The notes: generated by a model not told the origin, from the sequence alone. A stretch of DNA of 64,000 nt from a candidate division FCPU426 bacterium (GCA_963771075.1 CAVYSE010000006.1:64001-128000), one strand, 5' to 3'; shown: positions 38,875 to 50,163, counted from the stretch's first letter. Numbers and translations are program-made.

Positions 38875-40689
38875 ATGATCAAGATCAAAAAGCTGAATGA
38901 AAAGGTCATCAACCAAATCGCCGCAGGCGAGGTGGTGGAACGGCCCGCTTCCGTCGTGAAGGAATTGGTGGAAAATGCCCTGGACGCGGGCGCGGGCTGG
39001 ATCGACGTGGAGATCGAGGGAGGCGGATTAAAGCTGATCAAGGTTTCCGATGATGGGGATGGCATGGGCAAGGAAGACGCACGCCTGGCCGTCGAGAAAC
39101 ACGCCACCAGCAAGATTGAGTCGATTCAAGATCTGTCAAATATCGGGACCTTTGGGTTTAGGGGCGAGGCCCTGGCCTCCATGGCTTCCGTATCCCATTT
39201 CGAGATCAATACCCGCCAAAAGGGGAACCTTTCGGGCACCCAGATTCGCGTGAGGGGCGGGGGGGAACTCAAAGTCAGCGAGAGCGGTCGGCCTGAGGGC
39301 ACGACCATGACGGTTTCAAACCTGTTTTTTAACACCCCAGCCCGATTGAAATTCATGAAAAAACAATCCACAGAAGAAAACCATATTGTTCTAGTAATGA
39401 ATACCTATGCCTTGGCCTGCCCTTCTGTTGGATTTAAGCTTTCAATTGAGGGCAAGCCGGTTTTAAACGCGGCTCAAGGTGATTTTAAAACCCGACTTAT
39501 CCAGGTTTTCGGCAAAGACACGGCTTCACATTTGACCCCCCTTAACTATCAGGCAGGCGACATTAAGATTACGGGGGTTATTAGCACCCCGGCCATTTCC
39601 AAACCCACCCGGGAAAATATGCTCTATTTCGTGAACCGGCGTTGGATCATGAACCCATCCCTGGGGCACGCGGTGATGACGGGTTTTCACACCTTGCTTC
39701 CCACGAGACGTTTTCCTGTATCCGCGCTATTCATCGAGATGCCGTCCAGCCAGGTAGATGTGAACGTTCACCCGACCAAGAGGGAAGTAAAGTTCGCCAA
39801 AGATAGGGAGGTTTATGACGCCATCGTATGGGCGGTTCGAAACGCCGTGTTGGAGGCCGACCCCAAATCCGGACCTTCCACCGCCTATATAAGTTCGAAT
39901 GCACCGCAGCCCTATTCGGTCTTAAGGGCCGATGAAGCACAGCCTGCTCAGTCCCTTTGGGCCCCCATGTCCACCGCGCCGGACGCTCCCAGCCACACGA
40001 AAGATTACGCACCCTCAGAAATCAACCTGGGCCATTCCTACGTACCCAAAGAGGACTTTTCCAAATCCAACTTCCAGGCGCGGAAGATCGATCCCCAAAT
40101 TCCCCTTTACCATTTCAGCCAGCTCTTCAACACTTTCATCGTTTTTCAGTCAGATGAAGAGATGTTTATCGCCGACCAGCATACCGTGCATGAGAGGTTG
40201 AATTACGAGAAATTAATGAGGGGATTAAGCGAAAAAGCCCTTGAAATACAGCCTCTTTTGATCCCTGTAACCGTGGAACTTTCCGCCAAAGAGGCCCATT
40301 GGCTCAGGGATAAATTGGACTTGTTGATGGAACTGGGGATGGAAGTGGCGGCTTTCGGCGGGAATACTTTTGTGATTCGAACCGTTTTGGCGGACTTGGC
40401 GGGAAAGAATTTGGCCAATCTGTTGAGAGAATTAATTGAAGACCTTTCAAAAAAAGAAGCGGATGGAACGGGAGGGCCGAACCGGATCGATCAAATTCGG
40501 GAAAGATCGCTGACCTTTCTTTCCTGCCGGAGCGCGGTGATGGCGGGTGACCGTTTGAATGAGGAGCAAATGGTTGTCTTGATCGAACGGATGCGAAGTG
40601 CCAACCTTCCCTTTACCTGCCCTCATGGCCGTCCTACCATCCTTTCCATTCCCCTTTCCGAACTATACAAAAAATTCGACCGGCACTGA
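38875..40689 (+). CDS. mutL: DNA mismatch repair endonuclease MutL
   Basis: IAAGEVVERPASVVKELVEN, GFRGEAL, DQHTVHER, CPHGRP. Confidence 0.98.
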   Translation: MIKIKKLNEKVINQIAAGEVVERPASVVKELVENALDAGAGWIDVEIEGGGLKLIKVSDDGDGMGKEDARLAVEKHATSKIESIQDLSNIGTFGFRGEALASMASVSHFEINTRQKGNLSGTQIRVRGGGELKVSESGRPEGTTMTVSNLFFNTPARLKFMKKQSTEENHIVLVMNTYALACPSVGFKLSIEGKPVLNAAQGDFKTRLIQVFGKDTASHLTPLNYQAGDIKITGVISTPAISKPTRENMLYFVNRRWIMNPSLGHAVMTGFHTLLPTRRFPVSALFIEMPSSQVDVNVHPTKREVKFAKDREVYDAIVWAVRNAVLEADPKSGPSTAYISSNAPQPYSVLRADEAQPAQSLWAPMSTAPDAPSHTKDYAPSEINLGHSYVPKEDFSKSNFQARKIDPQIPLYHFSQLFNTFIVFQSDEEMFIADQHTVHERLNYEKLMRGLSEKALEIQPLLIPVTVELSAKEAHWLRDKLDLLMELGMEVAAFGGNTFVIRTVLADLAGKNLANLLRELIEDLSKKEADGTGGPNRIDQIRERSLTFLSCRSAVMAGDRLNEEQMVVLIERMRSANLPFTCPHGRPTILSIPLSELYKKFDRH

Positions 40690-40696
40690 GGGTACT

Positions 40697-41620
40697 ATGA
40701 CCCAGGAACCTCCCTTAATCTGCATTGTGGGCCCTACCGGCGTAGGCAAGTCGGAGATCGCTTTCGAAATCGCCAAGAAATTAGGTTATGAGATCCTTTC
40801 GTGCGACGCTTTTCAGGTTTACGAGGGCTTGGCCGTTGGGACGGCCCAACCCCTGTTGGAGTGGCAAAGGGAAGTTCCACATCATTTGGTGGGCTCGCGA
40901 AAACCATCCGACAGCTGGACGGCGGGTGATTTTTCGAGAGAAGCTTCCGCGATCTTGGAGGAGAGAAAGAAAAAGAGAATAGGCGTAATATTGGTGGGAG
41001 GAGCTGGGTTTTATCTCAAATCTCTTCTGGAAGGCCCACCGTCCGGCACCGCGGTTGACCCAAAGGTACGGGAGGAAGTGGGGGAAAAGGTAGAAGCCAT
41101 GGGTTTGGCGGGCGCCCATGAGTGGCTTAGGAAGCTAGATGCCCCGACGGCCCAAAGGATTCACGCCCATGACCGAATGAGGATATGTCGGGCCCTTGAG
41201 AAGGCCCTATCACCCATGGGCTTCACTCCAAAGGAATTTGAACCCGTTTTCGCCAAACTTTATGGGATTGAATGTGGAAGGGAAGAGCTGGATTGCTTGA
41301 TTAAACTGAGATGCCAAAAGATGTGGGGGGAAGGGCTTCTGGAAGAAACCCAAAAGCTATATGCTCATCCTCATTCGGATAGCCTTCTTGCTTGGAAAGC
41401 CATTGGATATCTTGAGGCTTTACGTTACATGAAACATGAAATGACTGAAGAAGAGTCGTTGGAGCGGATCTTTCGACGCACGCGTCAATATGCGAAAAGG
41501 CAATGGACGTGGTTCCGCCGACAGCATAAGGTGCAGTGGGTTCAAAGGAATATAAAAGAAGGTCATAAAGCTTTAGTTGAGGAACTTATTGTTAAGATCA
41601 ATGACAAGAAGGAAAAATGA
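40697..41620 (+). CDS. miaA: tRNA dimethylallyltransferase
   Basis: GPTGVGKS, VPHHL, TRQYAKRQWTWFR; start moved to ATG 40697. Confidence 0.95.
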   Translation: MTQEPPLICIVGPTGVGKSEIAFEIAKKLGYEILSCDAFQVYEGLAVGTAQPLLEWQREVPHHLVGSRKPSDSWTAGDFSREASAILEERKKKRIGVILVGGAGFYLKSLLEGPPSGTAVDPKVREEVGEKVEAMGLAGAHEWLRKLDAPTAQRIHAHDRMRICRALEKALSPMGFTPKEFEPVFAKLYGIECGREELDCLIKLRCQKMWGEGLLEETQKLYAHPHSDSLLAWKAIGYLEALRYMKHEMTEEESLERIFRRTRQYAKRQWTWFRRQHKVQWVQRNIKEGHKALVEELIVKINDKKEK

Positions 41621-42057
41621 GCCAAATTAGGATTAGGGTCGCCGGAATTTTGGTGAAAGATCAAAAGATTCTCCTTGTCCGGCATGAAAAGAATGGTCAA
41701 AGCTATTATTTATTGCCAGGCGGGGGGGTGGAGTTTGGGGAAACCGCGGGACAAGCCCTTACACGGGAATTCATGGAAGAGGTTGGTCTATCGGTTGAGG
41801 TAGGCAAATTGGTGATGGTGCAAGATTCGATTCCGCCCGACCGCCATCGACAGGTACTCAATTTGTATTTTCTTGTTCAAACGCAGGGGACGGAGATAAA
41901 AGTCACTCAAGATAAGGTACTTAAGGGCGCAGCTTTCTTTGCCCTGGACCAGTTTCAAACCTTGAAAGTTAATCCGAATATTAAAAAAGAAATCTTGGAA
42001 GGTGAAATTAATCATTGGCAAGAAAGCTGCCGATATTTGGGAAATCGGTGGGATTGA
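41617..42057 (+). CDS. NUDIX hydrolase
   Basis: GGGVEFGETAGQALTREFMEEVG. Confidence 0.93.
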   Translation: MSQIRIRVAGILVKDQKILLVRHEKNGQSYYLLPGGGVEFGETAGQALTREFMEEVGLSVEVGKLVMVQDSIPPDRHRQVLNLYFLVQTQGTEIKVTQDKVLKGAAFFALDQFQTLKVNPNIKKEILEGEINHWQESCRYLGNRWD

Positions 42058-42162
42058 TAAGTGCTGTAACAATAATCATATAAATTTTTTAAAATCGAAA
42101 TGATAAAAACGCATTTTTTTCAATGATTGCAACGGTTTTAGAGGTTTGTTAACATCTACTCA

Positions 42163-43125
42163 ATGCTCCCACAGAATCCTTCACCGAAGAAACACACCCT
42201 GCTTTATATTCTTTTGGGTTTGGGTTGTTTTTTTATATTAACCATTGGTTTTATCTTCTATTCGATACAAAAGACCTTTTCCCATGGAAATTCAGCGATT
42301 TTTGCTGGAGATGACGAGATAACGCTCATCAATATCAAGGGCCCCATTTATGAAAGCGACGATATTGTCCGAAGGATCAAAAAGTTCAAAAAAAGCGATA
42401 AAAAAGCCCTTCTTTTACGTTTGGATAGCCCTGGCGGAGCCGTAGCGCCATCTCAAGAGATATATACCGAAATTCTGAGGGCAAGGGAAAGCAAAAAGTT
42501 AGTTGTTGCTAGCATGTCCAGTTTGGCGGCGTCCGGAGCTTATTATATCGCCTCAGCCTGTGACCGTATCGTGGCCAATCCTGGCACCTTGACCGGTTCT
42601 ATTGGGGTGATCGCGGAATTCCCAGATGCTTCGATCCTACTAAAAAAAGTCGGATTGAATTTTGAGACGATTAAAAGTGGCCAATTCAAGGACACGGGCT
42701 CTTTTAATAGGCCGATGACCCCCCGGGAACGGCAATATTTACAGGAAACGATTAACGATGTTTATGCCCAGTTTTTACAGTCGGTGGTGGATGGTCGGCG
42801 AAAGATTTTTCAAGAGAAACTCTCTAAAATTTTAAAGAAACCGGCTGATTCGGTCTCTGATCAGGAGATAATTGCCTATATTAAACCCGTTGCCGATGGC
42901 AGAGTATTGACTGGAAGTAAGGCCTATGAGCTCGGTTTTGTGGATCAATTGGGGAATTACGAGGACGCGGTCAAGGTGACGGCGGAACTCGCCGGAATCA
43001 AGGGTGAACCCACCGTGCGGCAAGACGCACCCAGTAAATTGGACCAATGGGTGAACGGGCTATTACCCTTTTCGCTCTTTTCTCGCAATAGCGCTGGGTT
43101 TCAATTGGAATATCGTTCATTTTGA
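42163..43125 (+). CDS. sppA: Signal peptide peptidase SppA
   Basis: DSPGG, AASGAYY, TGSIGV. Confidence 0.95.
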   Translation: MLPQNPSPKKHTLLYILLGLGCFFILTIGFIFYSIQKTFSHGNSAIFAGDDEITLINIKGPIYESDDIVRRIKKFKKSDKKALLLRLDSPGGAVAPSQEIYTEILRARESKKLVVASMSSLAASGAYYIASACDRIVANPGTLTGSIGVIAEFPDASILLKKVGLNFETIKSGQFKDTGSFNRPMTPRERQYLQETINDVYAQFLQSVVDGRRKIFQEKLSKILKKPADSVSDQEIIAYIKPVADGRVLTGSKAYELGFVDQLGNYEDAVKVTAELAGIKGEPTVRQDAPSKLDQWVNGLLPFSLFSRNSAGFQLEYRSF

Positions 43126-43148
43126 TTTCGAGTTAACTGGAGGACAAA

Positions 43149-44981
43149 TTGGCCGAAGCAAAAACTGCCCCAACCCCCGCGCCCGCGGCCGTACCCGAGG
43201 TATCCGCCGCGCCCAAGACCGAAAACGCCTTTTTAAAAGCCGTCTCCCGGCTTCTGTCTACCACCTTTTTCCTGGTTTCCGGGTTCGTTTGTGTTCTCTT
43301 TGGGATCTTGGCGCATGAAAAACACTGGGATCTGGGACCGGTCACTCAAATGTTGAACGAACACCAGTGGAAATTGACGTACCTGCTGGTGGGGCTTGGG
43401 TTGATTCTCATTGCTCAGGCCAGGATCAATGTCTATCGCCTTTACTCGGAAGAGGCTCAAAAGAACCGTAATTCGGCCCATGGTTGGAAGATTCCCCTTG
43501 TGGTCGCGCAAATATTGATGTTTCAACTCGCCGGGCTTTACGGATTTTTGGTCGGGTTTGATGTCATCAAGAATCCTGTTAGAAATTTGATGTTCTTTTT
43601 TGGGATTGTGATCTTTATCCTGGCTTACCTCTTCTGGTATCTCATCGCTCATTTCTTTAACCGATATAAAAACCTCGCGGGACTGCAAATCGCAAGAACC
43701 GCTTTGATATTAGCCGTTATATCCTTTATCGCCTGGAACGGATTGCAGTTTGTGCTGCTCAGCCTTTTAGCGGGGTTCTTTTCCGTGTTGGCCCTCTTGA
43801 TATCGTTGGGGATAGCGCCTTTTAAAAAAGAGGAGACCCGGGGAAATTGGATTCGACCGCTTTATTTAATGTTGTCCGTTTTGTTGTTGCTCCCGGTCGG
43901 GCTGGCCGCGAATCCGATCAAGTACAACATCGCCCATTTGATCGAGTTGGGTCCGGCTGCTCAAAACCTGACCGGGCAAATCGACAATTTAACCTACACA
44001 CCCGACAGCAAAAAAATCGCCTTCACTCAAAAAAACGAGAAGGGATGGTTTTTATGTTTGTTGGACCCCGAGGCGACAGATAACAAAATCGTCAACTATC
44101 AGGCGGGGGACGGGGCCTTCACCCCGGTATTTGTAAATAAGGGTTCATCGGTTCTTTTGGATATTCTCAAGGGAAGTACGCGCGACCTATATCTTTTAAC
44201 CTTCAATAACAATGAACCCCAAAAGAGTACGCTAAAGGCTTTGACCCATTCGGGCGTCGAGCTCATAAAGGGAGGCATTCCCTGGTCGGAATCGAAACAG
44301 CAATTTTTGTACGTGACCAAAACATTGAAAGGTTTTCAGCTTAACGCTTTGTTTTTGCCGACCGGGAAATCGGTTAAAGTGTTTGAATCGGCCCAACCCA
44401 TCCTGTCTCCTGCTTGGGTGAGTTCCGGCTATCAAATCGCATATACGGATGGTATTTGCGAGCGCCCTTATATCTACGATCAAGAATTAAAGATTTCCAA
44501 GGCCCTCTTTTCGGACGATGAAAGGGCGCAGATTGCAGCTTCGGGTGGCAAACTTAGGCTCGGTTTGCCAGCGACGGAGGTTCTTCCCTCCAACGACGCC
44601 TTTCGCTATTTATTCAAATGCGTGAAGGATGACGTGACGGTCCTGGAAACAGCTTTGGCGGACGGTTCCAAGGCGAACGAGGTTTATCGGTCCTTCCAGC
44701 CGATCGATCATCTTTCTTGGATGGATTTGGGCCAAAAAATCATATTCGAGGAAGCCGGTCGGCAAGCGATGTATTTCCGGAAATCGAAGCAAATCCTAAT
44801 CGAAGAGGCGAACCAGACCGGTGCCGAAATGGAATCCTTGATTTGGCCGCAAATTTCCCACCATTCACCCGCTCCTTCTCCCGATGGGGTTAAAGTAGCC
44901 TTCGTGGGAAGTTCTGGCCTTTGGTATCCGTCTTTTGGTTTACAGGACCATTCCGGAATTTGGGTTGCCGTATTGCATTAA
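43149..44981 (+). CDS. Multi-TM protein with TolB-like beta-propeller
   Basis: About 7 TM helices, then YTPDSKKIAF / SPDGVKVAF repeats; GGAGG RBS. Confidence 0.8.
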   Translation: MAEAKTAPTPAPAAVPEVSAAPKTENAFLKAVSRLLSTTFFLVSGFVCVLFGILAHEKHWDLGPVTQMLNEHQWKLTYLLVGLGLILIAQARINVYRLYSEEAQKNRNSAHGWKIPLVVAQILMFQLAGLYGFLVGFDVIKNPVRNLMFFFGIVIFILAYLFWYLIAHFFNRYKNLAGLQIARTALILAVISFIAWNGLQFVLLSLLAGFFSVLALLISLGIAPFKKEETRGNWIRPLYLMLSVLLLLPVGLAANPIKYNIAHLIELGPAAQNLTGQIDNLTYTPDSKKIAFTQKNEKGWFLCLLDPEATDNKIVNYQAGDGAFTPVFVNKGSSVLLDILKGSTRDLYLLTFNNNEPQKSTLKALTHSGVELIKGGIPWSESKQQFLYVTKTLKGFQLNALFLPTGKSVKVFESAQPILSPAWVSSGYQIAYTDGICERPYIYDQELKISKALFSDDERAQIAASGGKLRLGLPATEVLPSNDAFRYLFKCVKDDVTVLETALADGSKANEVYRSFQPIDHLSWMDLGQKIIFEEAGRQAMYFRKSKQILIEEANQTGAEMESLIWPQISHHSPAPSPDGVKVAFVGSSGLWYPSFGLQDHSGIWVAVLH

Positions 44982-45011
44982 CGGTCCTAGGCTCTCCTGG
45001 GGAGACAGGGA

Positions 45012-48000
45012 ATGGGGGTTAAACCGGTTATTTTCTTCGCCTGGTTTCTTTTTCTGTTCTTTTTTCCCGTTTGTTCAAATATTTTCGGTCTCGAATTGGG
45101 CTACAACAAGGTTCGATACCATGACCGGGCCTGGCAAATCCTAGAGAGTTCCCACTTTCAAATTTACTATTACTCCCCTTGCGAGGATTTAGCCAAGGTC
45201 GCCGTTCAATATGCCGAAGCGGCCTTTTTACCCACCTGCCAGGCTTTCGATTATGTCCCCAAATCCAAAATTCCGCTCTTCGTTTACGCGACCGGATTGG
45301 AATTCCAAGAAACCAACATTACCTCCGAAATATTGGGGGAAGGGGTAGGGGGTTTCACCGAGGTTTTCAAGAACCGCATCGTTCTGCCAATGGATGGGTC
45401 CTACCATGAGTTTGAAAAGGTGCTTCACCATGAATTAACCCACGCGTTCCAATACGACGTTATTTACGGCGAAGGCTGGAGATCCATCAACCTCTTTAAG
45501 GCGGTTTCGGTTCCAACATGGATGATGGAGGGAATGGCGGAATGGAACGCGCAACATCTGGACGCCCAGGGTGAAATGGTTTTGAGGGACGCCGTATTAA
45601 ACGACCAAGTTATGCCGCTTTCCCTTCTGGACTCGTTCGACCATTTTGAGCAGGTTTACATGGCCTATAAGGAATCCCAGAGCATCCTGGACTATATTTC
45701 CCAGGTTTACGGCCGGGATAAGGTTCCCCAGCTCTTTTTAAAAATGGCGGGGAACCAATCGATGGAGACTATCGCCAAAACGCAAATAGGAATCACATTT
45801 CAGGAACTATATCAACACTGGCTTTTCTATTACAAATCTCAAGCCTGGTCCCGAATCAAGGGGATGCCGGAGATTGAGCGTTACGGGGAAAAGCTTCTTG
45901 ATGGTGTGAGCCGGTCGTTTTGGTCCCCGGACGGAAGCCAATTGGCATGCCTGATGGGGGACCGACTTTTTCTTTTGAATCCCGATACGAAAAAAGAAGA
46001 AACGATCCTTCAACGGCATTTTCAAACGAGGGGAAGAGCGGTTTCCTGGTCCCCGGATGGCAAACGATTGATCTTCGCGGCCGTAGAGGAGGGGGAGTAC
46101 CGGATTTATCTGTACGACCTGTTTTCCCATCGATTGAGCCGGTTGGGTTTTAACGAATTTCCGGAAGTTAATTCTCCGGTTTTTTCCCCGGATGGGAAAT
46201 ACGCCCTTTTTTCCGCTTTCGATTACCGATCCACGGATCTATACCGGGCGGACTTATTGACAAGGAAGATCGAAAGATTGACAGACGACGACCACACCAA
46301 AGCCTGGTGCCAATATGAACCCAATGGCCGTTTTATTTATTTTTTGGATGAATGGGAAGGGAAAACTTCGATCAAGCGGCTTGAACTTGATGGAAACGGC
46401 CTGCCAACAGGCAAATCCACTGAGTTGGATTTGCCGGCGGGAACTGTTTCGTCCTTTTGGGTGAATACTGGTTCGGTTTTTTTTACCTCAAACGCCGCGA
46501 AAAAAATATTCAACCTATTTCAAACGGATATGGACGGGGCCCATTGCGTTCAACTGACAAACAGTTTCACGGACGTGGTAGATGCGGAACCGGCAGTGGA
46601 TGGACAGCGGACGGCAGCTATTGTTTATCAGAAAGGCAAAGAATCCTTATACCTATTAACTTCAAACCATTATGAAAGCCTTGTTCCAACACCGAGCTCG
46701 GTTATAGGCTCAAACGATAATCAGTTCCTATCCGATTCCTTTTCAAACGCGGACAAGGTGATCGCCGCAAAATCGCTGGCGGGAATCACTCCGAGCGCAA
46801 CACCCAATGTCGATGGCACACAGATGGGGAAGCTTTCCCAAGCGGTCAGTGCGCCTTCGAAGGTCGATCATTTGGAAGTGTCCGACGCTTCCAGTTTGGT
46901 GGTCTTGAAATGGACGCCGCTAGACCCAGATACCAACACGGTGGAGGGTTACCGAATCTATCGCTCAGCCTCCCCTCAATCCGACTTTGCCTTTATCGGC
47001 AAAACGGAAGCCGCCAAACCCTGCCAATACGCCGATTTCACAGCGCTAAGGGGAAAAACTTATCAATACTATGTCACGGCTTTTAACTCGGCCGGGGAAA
47101 GTCCCCGTTCAAAGACGGTCCAGGCGAATCCCCAACTGACCCTCACGAATAAGGATTATGAGTTTACTTTTACACCCGATATCATGCTCTTCCTGGCCGG
47201 GTACGACAGTTCTTTCGGTTTCGTGGGTGGGGGATTGGCTCAAATGAGCGATTATTTGGGGGATCACCGCTTATCCTTGATGGGCGACACCATTCCAAGT
47301 GTCCAAACCGGATTGGAGGCGAATTATGAATTTTCCCACTGGCGGACCACGGTTGACGCCGATTTTTATTATTTCCAGAATTATTTCCAGGTCTACGACC
47401 TTCAATCCGGGAATATCGTGGATCAGTACCGCAACAATGAGAACGGTTTTGACCTTAATTTCACATATCCAATCGATTTTTCCACTCGTGTTGAGTACGG
47501 GATAGGTAGCCAAAGATTTGAGGGAAGTCCGCTTTATCTTCAGTTTTCCGAAGGTATTTCCAATTTCTCACTGGATACGAATCAATGGGATGTTGCGAAT
47601 TTCTACACCCTTTCATTCGTGAAAGACGAGAGAAAGGCCACCCATTTCTGGGCCTCCAGCGGCTACGCCTTAAACTTCACGTTGCTTCAGGCATTGCCGA
47701 TCCTGGACGCCAATGTCCAATTCGCAAACCTGCTTTTGGAAACGCAATCTTACGCGGATATTGGTTTCTTAAACCATCTCATTTGGGCGAACCGGCTAAT
47801 CGGGATGACCTCGCAGGGGCCCAATCCCCAAACTTTTTTTATAGGGAATGACGCCCCGTTCCAAGCTTATTTCACGACCATCCGGGGTTATGGCGGAACT
47901 ACCTTCTTCGGGAATAATTTGGCGTTATTAAATTCCGAGTTGAGGTATCCATTTGCGACCGACCTCAATTTTCCACTTCAACCCCTCTCCTTTTTATTGC

Positions 48001-48221
48001 TCAAAGATATCGAATTGGCCGGGTTTTTAGACGCGGGGATGACCAACAACAATATTGAGGATATTTCGACGACGCCGTTATTGTGGAGCCTAGGCACAGG
48101 ATTGCGATTTTACACTTCCGTTTATCAAAGGGCGCTCATCATGTTTCGCTTTGACGTTGCCTGGCGCATGGATGGAACATACCCGCCCACCTTTAATTTC
48201 AATTTGGCCCCAATGTTTTGA
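45012..48221 (+). CDS. Metallopeptidase(MA-like)-PD40 propeller-Fn3-Omp85 barrel protein
   Basis: HELTH + WMMEGMAE; WSPDG repeats; GYRIYRS...YYVTAFNSAGES; IRGY, ELRYP, GTGLR, C-terminal F. Confidence 0.88.
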   Translation: MGVKPVIFFAWFLFLFFFPVCSNIFGLELGYNKVRYHDRAWQILESSHFQIYYYSPCEDLAKVAVQYAEAAFLPTCQAFDYVPKSKIPLFVYATGLEFQETNITSEILGEGVGGFTEVFKNRIVLPMDGSYHEFEKVLHHELTHAFQYDVIYGEGWRSINLFKAVSVPTWMMEGMAEWNAQHLDAQGEMVLRDAVLNDQVMPLSLLDSFDHFEQVYMAYKESQSILDYISQVYGRDKVPQLFLKMAGNQSMETIAKTQIGITFQELYQHWLFYYKSQAWSRIKGMPEIERYGEKLLDGVSRSFWSPDGSQLACLMGDRLFLLNPDTKKEETILQRHFQTRGRAVSWSPDGKRLIFAAVEEGEYRIYLYDLFSHRLSRLGFNEFPEVNSPVFSPDGKYALFSAFDYRSTDLYRADLLTRKIERLTDDDHTKAWCQYEPNGRFIYFLDEWEGKTSIKRLELDGNGLPTGKSTELDLPAGTVSSFWVNTGSVFFTSNAAKKIFNLFQTDMDGAHCVQLTNSFTDVVDAEPAVDGQRTAAIVYQKGKESLYLLTSNHYESLVPTPSSVIGSNDNQFLSDSFSNADKVIAAKSLAGITPSATPNVDGTQMGKLSQAVSAPSKVDHLEVSDASSLVVLKWTPLDPDTNTVEGYRIYRSASPQSDFAFIGKTEAAKPCQYADFTALRGKTYQYYVTAFNSAGESPRSKTVQANPQLTLTNKDYEFTFTPDIMLFLAGYDSSFGFVGGGLAQMSDYLGDHRLSLMGDTIPSVQTGLEANYEFSHWRTTVDADFYYFQNYFQVYDLQSGNIVDQYRNNENGFDLNFTYPIDFSTRVEYGIGSQRFEGSPLYLQFSEGISNFSLDTNQWDVANFYTLSFVKDERKATHFWASSGYALNFTLLQALPILDANVQFANLLLETQSYADIGFLNHLIWANRLIGMTSQGPNPQTFFIGNDAPFQAYFTTIRGYGGTTFFGNNLALLNSELRYPFATDLNFPLQPLSFLLLKDIELAGFLDAGMTNNNIEDISTTPLLWSLGTGLRFYTSVYQRALIMFRFDVAWRMDGTYPPTFNFNLAPMF

Positions 48222-48311
48222 ATGAAAGGCTTAAATTCTTTTACCCGGCGGGTTGTAAACGGTATAATATTCAAGTTTCAGGCTGATTTTAGGGGAAAAG
48301 AGGTTTTCTCA

Positions 48312-48941
48312 TTGAAAAAGGCAATTTTGCTTTTTATAACGTTTTTTGCTGGTCCGATCATTTGGGTTTTGGCCGAAAATCAAGGGGATTTATTTTTTAC
48401 CCACTACGAAGATATCCGGTTAGATTTCTTGAGGACTCAATATTCCCAGATCAATAACGGAAGGCCGATAAGGATTGAAGGTTATTATAAAGGGGTTCAC
48501 TGGAAATCACCGATTGCTTATAAGGAACGGCTCGAAAAAATCGGATTCGATGTTAATAAATACAATGTTTTAGAGATGAGTTTGAAGGAACTGGATAATA
48601 TCCATTTCGCCTTTCCCGTGATTCTTGTTCAATCCTCCATTGGCGATTTACATGAATTGAATAATCTGGTGGATGGACAGAAAGTCGCCCTCTATGGCAA
48701 ATACTACAAATTGGAAAAATCAGAGTATGCTCTGGAATTAGAAGTCCTTGAGGGAACTTCACCTAGCCGGGGAAGCCACGAAGTAGGAATCGTATTGGAT
48801 GCAAGGGTCGCTTTTTCACCCACACCTACGCCCACAGTGACCTCTACGCCCCAACCAAGTTTATATCAAAAGGTGAATAATTGGATTAATCCCAAGGAAT
48901 CACCTACTCCCGGGTCAACCGAGACCCCTACAAGTAAATAA
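48312..48941 (+). CDS. Secreted hypothetical protein with PT-rich tail
   Basis: TTG start with GAGG RBS, signal peptide. Confidence 0.7.
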   Translation: MKKAILLFITFFAGPIIWVLAENQGDLFFTHYEDIRLDFLRTQYSQINNGRPIRIEGYYKGVHWKSPIAYKERLEKIGFDVNKYNVLEMSLKELDNIHFAFPVILVQSSIGDLHELNNLVDGQKVALYGKYYKLEKSEYALELEVLEGTSPSRGSHEVGIVLDARVAFSPTPTPTVTSTPQPSLYQKVNNWINPKESPTPGSTETPTSK

Positions 48942-49218
48942 ATTTCCATAAATCTCGTTTTGAAGAAAAGGGAATTAACTTATAAGTTGTTATTAACTCG
49001 ATTTGACCCCATTCCTTATAAGTTTTATGGAAAAGCGTATAAGGAAGCCTTAATTTTACAGTTGTTATTAGGCGATCAACAAAGATTGGAACGTTTCAAA
49101 CCCTTTATTGGGTCTGATCATCATGATGCCACCAAGGTTAGACTTAAAGTAAAACCGAGCCGTTAAAGTTGATTCTCTTGAATGGGCCTAAAGTAATTGT
49201 ATAACTGGGGAGTTCGCC

Positions 49219-49986
49219 TTGGGTATCCACTTAAGAATTATCGGAGTGGGACAACCAGTCGTCTTGCTTCATGCCTTTCCATTGAATTCCCAAATGTTTC
49301 ATCTAAATCAATTACCGGGTTATCAGTTTATCTTCCCGGATTTTCCAGGTTTTGGGTATTCAACGTTTATAGAACCTGACGTGAACATGGGAGTGATTGC
49401 CGAGGCGCTCAACCGGAGACTGAATGAGATATTAGATCCCGATAAAATCTTGGTTCTGGGCGGAATATCCATGGGAGGTTATTTAGCTTTTGAATATTTA
49501 CGTAAGTTTCCCGAAAAGGTGTCCAAATTAATATTGATTTCCACCCGGGCGGGTTTGGACACGCCTCAAGCCAAACAAAACAGGATCGCCATGGCTGAGA
49601 AGGTCGAAAACATAGGTCTGGGTTTGTTGCCTGAAGCTTTACCTAAGGGTCTTTTGGGTATGACAACGCAAAATAATAATCCTGTGTTGGTTGAGGCGGT
49701 GAAGCGATTCATTCTATCTTCCACACCAAATGCATTTGCTTCAGCACAAAGGGTCATGGCCAACAGGTGTAATCAAACGGATATTTTACCGAATATTAAA
49801 CAGAAAACCTTGGTACTGGCTGGTTCCGAGGATGGCTTAATTCCGGTCGCAGAGACAAAGTTCATGGCGTCATTAATCCCCAACGCGCAATTTAGATTGA
49901 TCGAACATGTGGGCCACTTGATCCCATTGGAAGATCCGGAAGAATTCCAAAGCCTAATTGCGGAATTTCTTTTAGCCACATCTTGA
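49219..49986 (+). CDS. Alpha/beta hydrolase
   Basis: LLHAFPL, GISMGG, GSED, GHL. Confidence 0.93.
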   Translation: MGIHLRIIGVGQPVVLLHAFPLNSQMFHLNQLPGYQFIFPDFPGFGYSTFIEPDVNMGVIAEALNRRLNEILDPDKILVLGGISMGGYLAFEYLRKFPEKVSKLILISTRAGLDTPQAKQNRIAMAEKVENIGLGLLPEALPKGLLGMTTQNNNPVLVEAVKRFILSSTPNAFASAQRVMANRCNQTDILPNIKQKTLVLAGSEDGLIPVAETKFMASLIPNAQFRLIEHVGHLIPLEDPEEFQSLIAEFLLATS

Positions 49987-50163
49987 TCATAATTCTTCAA
50001 GATCGTTTAAAAAATGCCCATTAAATGCAAAATCATCAAAGGAATTGTTCGTGCGAAGTCTTAGGCGCGGCGAAAATATGAAAGAATGATTCGCACCTTG
50101 AAGGATTTTAACTTTGCCGATAATCATGCCCGGAAGTTTAATTTGCTATAGAATGCATGATTT

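Noticed and set aside
48960..49166. 68-aa ORF
   Set aside because: TTG start, no RBS and no recognisable motif; not supportable
50113..50140. Second dif-like half site TTTGCCGATAA
   Set aside because: No matching TTAT arm after a 6-bp spacer
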